21,474 bases of DNA from Salpingoeca rosetta (Eukaryota; Protista; Choanoflagellata), in assembly GCA_033442325.1 (NCBI GenBank), contig JAWQFM010000025.1, forward strand, positions 1,053,147-1,074,620, written 5' to 3'. The notes under the pieces were generated by a model that did not search any database, had not been told where the DNA came from, and was given only the letters and a program-made list of their open reading frames with translations. Made by a program: the position numbers and the translations under genes. Below, in pieces: positions 11,638-20,234 of the stretch; position 1 is the stretch's first letter, and each line of letters opens with the position of its first letter.

Positions 11638-12088
11638 TAGACGGGTGTAGTGGAGTGAATCCAATGCAAGCAGGAGAAGTTGTGAGTGCCTACGAGTGAG
11701 TAGACGGATGAAGTGGAGTGAATCCAAAGCAAGCAGGAGATGTTGTGAGTGGTTGCGCGTGGGTAGAGGGATGTAGTGGAGTTAATCCAATGCAAGCAGG
11801 AGATGTTGTGAGTGGTTGCGCGTGGGTAGAGGGATGTAGTGGAGTTAATCCAATGCAAGCAGGAGAAGTTGTGAGTGCATGCAAGTAACACAACAGTGAG
11901 TAGAGGGATTGTGGTGGAGTGAATCCAATGCAAGTAGGAGATGTTGTGAGTGCTTGCGAGTAACACAACAGTGAGTAGCGGGATGTAGTGGAGTGAATCC
12001 AATGCAAGCAGGAGAAGTTGTGGGTGTCTGCGAGTGAGTAGACGGATGAAGTGGAGTGAATCCAATGCAAGTAGGAGACGTTGTGAGT
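11638..12088 (+). repeat. Tandem subrepeat array, 7 copies of 63-75 bp (IGS enhancer/spacer-promoter-type subrepeats)
   Basis: Core GTGGAGT(G/T)AATCCAATGCAAG(C/T)AGGAGANGTTGTG starts at 11650, 11713, 11776, 11839, 11914, 11988 and 12051. Decayed copies occur near 11365 and 11545. Confidence 0.92.
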
Positions 12089-12089
12089 A

Positions 12090-12850
12090 GTCAGAACAAA
12101 CACAGCAGCACTGCACAATCGCATGCAATTGTGTCTGCAGTGAGCAGAGGATTGCTACTCATTCAATCCACTTTAATCAGAAACACGTTCCCGTGCCTGC
12201 AGGCAACATCTACACACAAACGCATGCACACACACGTGTACACGTATGCCTTGCGCTGCTCCTCGTCGTTCTCTGCCTGCTTGCTTGTCTCTTGTGCAAT
12301 GACATGGAAACGAATCCATCCTTGCTGCTCTACTCCGCAGTTCCTCCGCTTTGCTCCTTCTTGCTTCAGCGCAGCGTGCCTGCAGGCAAGTAGAAGTGCG
12401 CACAGTGCAGTGTGCTCGCGCGCACACGTGTGCCTGCAAGCCAGCCACGTGGTCTTGTGCCTGTTGCTGCAGCTCATGGCATGGTGCAGTGACGTTTGCT
12501 CGCTTGCTCACTTGATCACCGGAGTAGGGAGACTGGGGCGGTGAAGTCAAAAAGGGGTTCAGAAAAAGTGCGATCATGTGATGAAAAAAGCCCCCAATAC
12601 TGTCATGAGTAGTGTCTGAACACTGCGTCGCGATGCACCAGTGCAGCTGCAGCTGATGTGCAGCGTACGCAAGCGAAGCAAATTGCATGCATGCAAGCAT
12701 TGGTTGGTCACGAGCCAGGGGAATCTGGGGTGTGAGCAATGTGAAGAATCTTGATGCAGTGAAGCTGTGCGCACCAGCTAGATCCAGTCACAAATCTAGA
12801 TCTAGCAGAATCACTGAATCTAGATTGCGGTGCCTGCAGGCAAAGTACAC
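12090..12850 (+). promoter_or_regulatory. Candidate Pol I promoter/terminator-proximal regulatory region
   Basis: Lies immediately downstream of the subrepeats, is poor in microsatellites, and holds repeated palindromes and A-tracts. Function is inferred from position only. Confidence 0.3.
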
Positions 12851-14998
12851 TAGGACAAAGCAGCAATTCAAACAGCTGCCGCTCGATGGATTGGCATACA
12901 TGAGAGGAAGGATGCAAATGAGCAAGACAAAAAAGAAAAAGAGAAGGCAAGGGCAAAGAGCCGCTGAGTAGAGGCGCAAGCATGAGAGCAAGGCGAATGT
13001 CGCTGAGCAGGATTGCTTGCGGGCACGAAAAGCCGCGTCTGCGCCCTTGCAGCTACAACTTTTCTTTCTTCCTGGGTCTTTGTTCTGCTGTGTTCTGAGC
13101 GACCTCTCTCTTCATTTGCGTGTGCGTGTGTGTAGTGTGTGTGTGACTGCAGGCAAAGCGAAGCGACACTTGTTTGTGTTGTAAGCAATGCTTGCACGAG
13201 CACACATGCATGCACAGCACATGCAATGAGAACAGCACGGGCGCGTATTTGTGTGTGTGGATACTTGTGTGTGTGATGCGTGAGCGATGTGTGTGGGTGT
13301 GATGAGGCACATGTGGGGAGGCGAGCAAGCGATTGCTCGTGTCTCTATGTGTGCTCTTGTGATCACTCGCATCTTGAGCAAACGCACTTCTACCATACAG
13401 AAGCAAAGCAACACACGACATATGCGCTTGTGGCGAGCAACGACTGTGTTTGCGGAAAGAGGGCGAGCTGATTGTTCAGCTTCCTCTGAGGGTGACAGTG
13501 TGAAGCGCTGGACATTCTCCTCACACGAACACGCATTTGTTGGCTCTTGATTGTTCTTCTCTCCTCACAGTGATGTGACATAGCGAGACGCAGGAAGCAG
13601 GCCTGCACGCATGGTGTATTGAGACCCGGGCACAGCGATGTGCCTGGCGCGTAGATGACGTGTGTGCGCATGAAAGGGCTTGCATTTTCCTTGTGTGTGT
13701 AGCTGTGCGTTGGGAGAAGGGCGATGAGCCAACATGTGTTTGTGTGTTGGGGAATGGCTGGCAGTAGCTTTGCTGCACACGTGGATGTGGCACAGTGAAA
13801 CAGAAAACGTTGTCAGCTGTGTGTTGTGGGTGTGGCTGTGGTTGCCTTTGGAGGCAAGACGCAGCCCGCTGTGACATGCGGGTCGATGAAGTATTGCGAG
13901 CGAGAGCAAGCAAAGCTTTGCATGGATTGCTGGTGTTGAGCCAAAAGTCTATGATGTTGAAGCAAGTTGCAAGCCGCTGGCGGAGTGACGGCAAGGCACA
14001 TGTATGTGTGTTTCTCTGCTGTGATCTCTGATAGAGGGTGGGCGCTGTCTGTCTGTTGTTTTTGAATAACGGCAGGTGGCGACTGTCCTTGATGATACCA
14101 AGCTTGCGCATGCAGGAGGCAATTCCGCCGCTGTGATCGCGGTGTGGATTGTTCTTCTTGAGAGGGTGCCTTGAGCAACACTCGATCATGAGTGGAGGCA
14201 AACTGTGCTGTGAGCACGATGACGATGTTGGGCACGCACACATGCGTGGATGAAGTCTATTTGATGCGAAACAGTGTTGTGTGTTGTTTCGAAAGAGAGC
14301 CATGCGCGCTGCATGCTGCTGATGGGCACNNNNNNNNNNNNNNNNNNNNNNNNNNNNNNNNNNNNNNNNNNNNNNNNNNNNNNNNNNNNNNNNNNNNNNN
14401 NNNNNNNNNNNNNNNNNNNNNNNNNNNNNNNNNNNNNNNNNNNNNNNNNNNNNNNNNNNNNNNNNNNNNNNNNCAGTGGCACTCGCTGAGAACAGCACAC
14501 ACATTGTGTACTGCATTGAATGACACTGCTCATCCGCACACTTTTCGTGTGTGTCTGGGGTTGTTGTTGTGTGCATAGCCACAAGAACAAAACCAAAAAG
14601 AAAAACAGAACGACCCGAGTGGCACGTGCAGCGATGTGCGTGTTGCTTGTGGAAGCTTTGTTTGTTGAGGTGCAGGAGGAGTGAGTGAGTGAACAAAACT
14701 GAGGGAAGAAGAAGGGAAGATGCATAGCATGCATTCATTGCATTGTTGTGTGTTTCTCTCTTGTCCCTTTTGTGTCCCTCTCTTGTCTCTTCTGAATCTT
14801 CGACAGCCATAGCTGGGCGGCAGCTGTGGTGTGCTGTGCGTGTGTGTGTGCAATGTGATGTGTTGTGTATTGTGTGTGCATTGTGTGTGGGCTTAACAAC
14901 CCACACGCATTCACACACTTCTGCACACGCATTCATATACAAATTCATACGCACACTCATACACACCCCAAACTGCGACTGCCCCTTCTATGGAGAGA
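12851..14998 (+). other. Probable 5' external transcribed spacer (5' boundary uncertain)
   Basis: Directly upstream of 18S, with TG-biased composition like ITS1 and ITS2. The transcription start cannot be determined from sequence. Confidence 0.55.
14330..14473. other. Assembly gap
   Basis: Run of N. Confidence 1.
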
Positions 14999-16318
14999 TA
15001 ACTGGTTGATCCTGCCAGTAGTCATATGCTTGTCTCAAAGATTAAGCCATGCATGTCTAAGTATGAATAGTATTCTTGATACTGTGAAACTGCGAATGGC
15101 TCATTAAATCAGTTATAGTTTATTTGATAGTTTGCAACTCGTTTTTCGGAGCGGTGTTGTGCTAGACGGATAGCCGTGGTAATTCTAGAGCTAATACGTG
15201 CGACAAGGCCCGAGAGAGAGGTGTGTGTATGCGCATTTTTTCTTCTCGAGGGCTGCATTTGTTAGGTATAAAGCCAGCAGGAACATGACTGGTGAATCAG
15301 AATAACTTTGCTGACCGTTACACTTTTGTGTGTGATGGTGTCTCATTCGAATTTCTGCCCTATCAACTTTCGATGGTAAGGTATTGGCTTACCATGGTGA
15401 CAACGGGTGACGGGGAACATTTGGTTCGATTCCGGAGAGGGAGCCTGAGAGACGGCTACCACTTCCAAGGAAGGCAGCAGGCGCGCAAATTACCCAATCC
15501 TGACACAGGGAGGTAGTGACAATAAATACCAATGCACGGTGTTTTTTATGCACTGTGCAATTGGAATGAGAACAATGTAAAGACCTTATCAAGGAACAAT
15601 TGGAGGGCAAGTCTGGTGCCAGCAGCCGCGGTAATTCCAGCTCCAAAAGCGTATACTAAAGTTGTTGCAGTTAAAAAGCTCGTAGTTGGATTTCATGCGG
15701 GGTTCACGGTGTGTGGTGGGGGTGAGACAACGTTTCGCCTTTGCCCCGCACTGTTTGCGCTCTGCAGTTTTAATATTCCCTGGTGGCGCCTTTGGCGCGT
15801 GCCCTTGATTGGGTGTGTGTCAAGTCACGTAGTGGTGGGGCGCTGTTGGGGGCTTTACTTTGAAAAAATTAGAGTGTTCAAAGCAGGCAGTCATTTGATT
15901 TGCTTGAATAGATTAGCATGGAACAACGGAAGAGGACTTTTGGGCCTGTACTGTTGGCGTGTGGTGCGGGGGTGTGGAGTGAGAAGCCGCAAGGTTTTCT
16001 TATTCCTCCCTCACCACATCGGGTCTGAAGTAATGATTAATAGGGACGGTTGGGGGCACTGGTATTTCGTTGTCAGAGGTGAAATTCTTGGATTTACGAA
16101 AGACCGCCGACTGCGAAAGCATTTGCCAAGGACGCTTTCATTGATCAAGAACGAAAGTTAGGGGATCGAAGACGATTAGATACCGTCGTAGTCTTAACCA
16201 TAAACGATGCCGGCCAGGGCTCGGTGGGCAGCACAAATGTTTCAAAGCATGGTGGCGCCATCGGGACCTTTAGGGAAACCAAAGCGTTTGGGTTCCGGGG
16301 GGAGTATGATCGCAAGAT

Positions 16319-16365
<47 letters not shown>

Positions 16366-16901
16366 GCGGCTTAATTTGACTCAACACGGGGAAACTCACC
16401 AGGTCCAGACATGGGAAGGATTGACAGATTGACAGCTCTTTCTTGATTCCAAGGGAGGTGGTGCATGGCCGTCCAGCTTTTGTTGTGAAATCTCTGTTTG
16501 ATTACGGTAAACGGCGAGACCTTGACTTGCTGATTGGTGTAGGGAAGCGTGCGCTTTCTTGGTGGGGGCTGTGCGAAAGCACTCCCCACATCACACCACT
16601 CAGAGGGACACTCGGCGTTGCTATTGAGCGTAAGCCGAAGGAAGTTTGAGGCGATAACAGGTCTGTGATGCCCTTAGATGTTCTGGGCTGCACGCGCGCT
16701 ACACTGACGGGGGCAGCGAGTATGCTTTGGGTGTTTGTGGTGGGGAAAGTCTTGTGCTTTTCTGCATTCACAAACATCTATTCCTGCGCTGGAAGGCGTG
16801 GGGACTCTTGTGAAAACCCGTCGTGCTGGGGATAGATGCTTGCAATTATTCATCTTGAACGAGGAATTCCTAGTAAGCGCAATTCAACAGATTGCGTTGA
16901 T

Positions 16902-16947
<46 letters not shown>

Positions 16948-17040
16948 AATGGTTTAGTGAGGCCTCGGGATTGGCGCGTGGGCGCTGGCAACAGCTGCCC
17001 ATGTGTTTCTTTGCTGAGAACCTGGTCAAACTTGATCATT

Positions 17041-17097
<57 letters not shown>
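14999..17097 (+). rRNA. 18S (SSU) ribosomal RNA, ~2.1 kb with enlarged variable regions
   Basis: Starts TAACTGGTTGATCCTGCCAGTAGTCATATGCTTGTCTC. Contains GTGCCAGCAGCCGCGGTAATTCC, AAACTTAAAGGAATTGACGG and GTACACACCGCCCGTC. Ends GTAGGTGAACCTGCGGAAGGATCATT. Confidence 0.99.
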
Positions 17098-17130
17098 CCA
17101 ACAAGGAAAACGTTGAAAAGCGTGGTTGGT

Positions 17131-17170
17131 GAGGGAAGGTGAGGGATGGTGAGGGATGGTGAGGGAAGGT
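17131..17170 (+). repeat. 10-bp tandem repeat GAGGGAWGGT x4 in ITS1
   Basis: gagggaaggt gagggatggt gagggatggt gagggaaggt. Confidence 0.92.
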
Positions 17171-17184
17171 GGAGACACTGGACT

Positions 17185-17220
17185 GAGCCAACCGAGCCAA
17201 CCGAGCCAACCAAGCCAACC
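17185..17220 (+). repeat. 9-bp tandem repeat RAGCCAACC x4 in ITS1
   Basis: gagccaacc x3 followed by aagccaacc. Confidence 0.92.
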
Positions 17221-17748
17221 AAATCGCTCTCACACGCTTTTGTGTGCGGGAGTGAGCATTGTGTGAATGAAGACAACAACAAAGCAAAAGCATGTGCATG
17301 CGTGCATATGAGCATTGTGAGTGTCGCCGTGGAGCACATGTTGTGTGTGTTGCATTGCGATGGCAGTGTTCTTGTGTGCGATGTGGATGTAAAGATTGTT
17401 TGCCTCGTGCAAAGAAGAAGAAGAAATGATCACAGCAAGCAAGTGTGTTTTGGATTGTTGTTGTGGCAGCGGCTGCGATTGCACACACATGACAGTGTGG
17501 GCGAAAGCATCTTGCTGCAGCAGCAGCATCCAAAAGGCGTGTGCTGTGCTGTGGACATACATACATACATGATAACCACAAACGAGTGAGTGAGGGAAAG
17601 AGAGAGAGTGAGAGCGTTGTGATGTGTGTGTGAGTGTGTGCCAACAAACATTGTGCGTTGGAATACACACATGCACACGCATGCACTGCAACCACTCTCA
17701 CTTCAATCTCAACATCTCATTCAACACAACCAAATTAATAACCATGAG

Positions 17749-17934
17749 ACAACTTTCAACGGTGGATCTCTTGGCTCGTGCATCGATGAAGAACGTGGCA
17801 AGACGCGAAATGTAGTGTGAATTGCAGAATTCCGTGAATCATTGAATCTTCGAACGCACATTGCGCCTGTGTGTGTGGGCATGCGCCATTGTGTGCGTGT
17901 CTGTGCGTGCGGGCATGTCTGCCTGAGTGTCGCC
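17749..17934 (+). rRNA. 5.8S ribosomal RNA with expanded variable hairpin
   Basis: ACAACTTTCAACGGTGGATCTCTTGGCTCGTGCATCGATGAAGAACG, GAATTGCAGAATTCCGTGAATCATTGAATCTTCGAACGCACATTGCGCC. The 3' GCCTGAGTGTCG can pair with the 28S 5' TGACCTCAGGT. Confidence 0.98.
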
Positions 17935-18812
17935 ACTCAATCTCATTGACAATGCGTTTTAGTGTGCTTATGAGGGTGTGTGAGTATGTGTGTGTGTGGA
18001 TTTGATTACTGCAACTATGCAGCAGCAGCAGCAGCGCACCTTTGTTGGTGTGGTGTTTGTTTGTTGTGTAGCAGTATGAAGAAGCGCCCATGCATGTAGT
18101 CCTCATATCTCATTTTTGCACTGTGCATTGTTGGTGGCCATGGGGTGTTAGTCGATGCGGTGCACACACACATTTTGCTGTGTGTATTGTGTGAGACTGG
18201 ACTCTGAAGAGGAGAGCTTACGACTCCATTGCGATGATAACTGTGATGGTGGTGACTGTGATGAAGAAGGAGTGGGTGTTTGTGTGTGAGAGCATGTGGA
18301 TTGCATTGCACGATGATACGATGCCTTGTGCGTTGTGTTGTTGTCGTTGATGTGATTCACACACACACACATCCCACTTCTCTATTCTCATACTGTTGTC
18401 ATCACTAAGTGTCGCTGTGTGGGTGCCGTTGTTGCGAGACCACGGCAAGCACGCGCATGCTGTATCTGCATATGCATCAGGATACAACAAGCTGTGGAGC
18501 GATGTGTCAACTGGCATCGTTGTTCTGCAGCGTGTGTGTATGCTGTGTGTGTATGTGCAGAGGCATGTGCACTTGTGTGCTTGCATCTTTATGTGGCTTT
18601 TGTGACACTGGTCATGTGAGCAAAAACACTGATGAAGAAGAGAGGGAACATGTGTGGGAGAGAGGAATGCTGGAATTGTGATGGACGGAGCACTGTTTTG
18701 TGTGCACAGCACTGCACTTGTTGCAGGTCATGTGCACAAACGACTGCATCCACTTCACTGCTCCATTCCACTTTACAACTCTCAAACCCTTCCCTTCTAC
18801 TCATTTCTCATT
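17935..18812 (+). other. ITS2
   Basis: Between 5.8S and 28S, ~880 nt. Confidence 0.93.
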
Positions 18813-18860
18813 GTTGACCTCAGGTCAGGCAAGGGTACCCCCTGAACTTAAGCATATCAC

Positions 18861-18894
<34 letters not shown>

Positions 18895-19211
18895 CAGTAA
18901 CGGCGAGTGAAGCGGGAAGAGCTCAAGCATTGGAATCTCCACAAGCTTCTTTTTTGTGGCGAGTTGTAGTCTTTATGGGATGCGGACCGTCGCATGTCTT
19001 TGTGATGGTGCACAGCTTTTGTTGTGCATTGTTGTTTGGCGCAGCACCGAGTTTCCTTGGAAGAGGACACCGGAGAGGGTGAGAGTCCCGTTGGTGCTAC
19101 TTTTGTGCGCTGATGTGCGGTGTGTGGTCCGTTTATTCTCTTGAGTCGGGTTGTTTGGGAATGCAGCCCAAAGCCGGGTGGTAAACTGCATCCAAGGCTA
19201 AATACTGGCAC

Positions 19212-19245
<34 letters not shown>

Positions 19246-20203
19246 ATGAAAAGCACTTTGAAAAGAGAGTTAAACAGTACGTGAAACCGTTGACAGAGAA
19301 TCGCTTGCAGCTAGCAGAGACTGGGCGCGCCTTGTGATCAGGGCTTTTGGTGTTGTGCATAACAGTGGTGCGGGGGGTGTATTGTGTGTACTTGTTGCAC
19401 ATATGCGCCGCTGCGTTGCTGTTGTTGTGTGCTGCGCTGCCTGCACTCGCGGGGCGTGTCTGCCAGCATGAGTTTTGTGTGTGAGAGACGGCGATGCGAG
19501 GGCGCCCTTGTGCGTGGCGCATCTGCTTTTTATGTTTCTGTCGCACGTGGGACTGAGGAAATTATCGATGCGGTGGCTTTGTTATGTGGTCTTTGGCATG
19601 GGTGCTGTTTTCGGCATTGTGTTGCGCAGACTCTTGTTTTGGGATGAGGAAAGACTTGTGCTTTCTCTTGTGCTGTTGACAGAGTGTGTGCGGGCGGTGT
19701 TGGGAATGTTGCGCTTGCCGCTTGGCGCACACCACCGGGGAGATGCTGGCGACAGGGCTGCAAACGGCCCGTCTTGAAACACGGACCAAGGAGTCTAACA
19801 TGTGCGCGAGTGTTTTAGCGAGCATGAAGCTAGGGCGCGCAATGAAAGTGAGAGGTGGGATGCAGTGTTGGGAAGTGTGCGTGAGTACACTTTATCTGGC
19901 ACTCGCAGCACCATCGACCGATCTGGATTGGGGGAGGGGGAAAAGCACATTTGTGTGGCTCCACCTCCTCCGCTGAAGGATTTGCGTTTTAGCGCAGATG
20001 TTAGGACCCGATAGATGGTGAACTATGCCTGAGTAGGGCGAAGCCAGAGGAAACTCTGGTGGAGGCTCGTAGCGATCATGACGTGCAAATCTGTCGTCGA
20101 ACTTGGGTATAGGGGCGAAAGACTCATCGAACCATCTAGTAGCTGGTTCCCACCGAAGTTTCCCTCAGGATAGCTGAGACTTTTATTGCAATGTAGGTTA
20201 GTT

Positions 20204-20234
<31 letters not shown>

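Larger units (their letters stand above)
17098..17748 (+). other. ITS1
   Basis: Between the 18S 3' end and the 5.8S 5' end, ~650 nt. Confidence 0.93.

Noticed and set aside
11638-12088. CRISPR-like repeat/spacer appearance
   Set aside because: The linkers are homologous to one another rather than unique spacers, the context is eukaryotic rDNA, and no cas genes are present.
9568-12128. 719-aa and 601-aa minus-strand ORFs with repeated peptide units
   Set aside because: Overlapping frames are open simultaneously because of strand skew and 63-bp units. The 74-bp unit shifts the peptide repeat between frames, so the repeat is not constrained at protein level.
12578-12656. Possible box C/D snoRNA (GTGATGA ... 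CTGA ... CTGA)
   Set aside because: No convincing terminal stem or C' box, and I found no complement of the putative guides in the rRNA present. TGATGA is frequent by chance here. A snoscan run would settle it.
13521-14966. 481-aa minus-strand ORF
   Set aside because: It spans an N gap, lies antisense to the 5' ETS and is low complexity.
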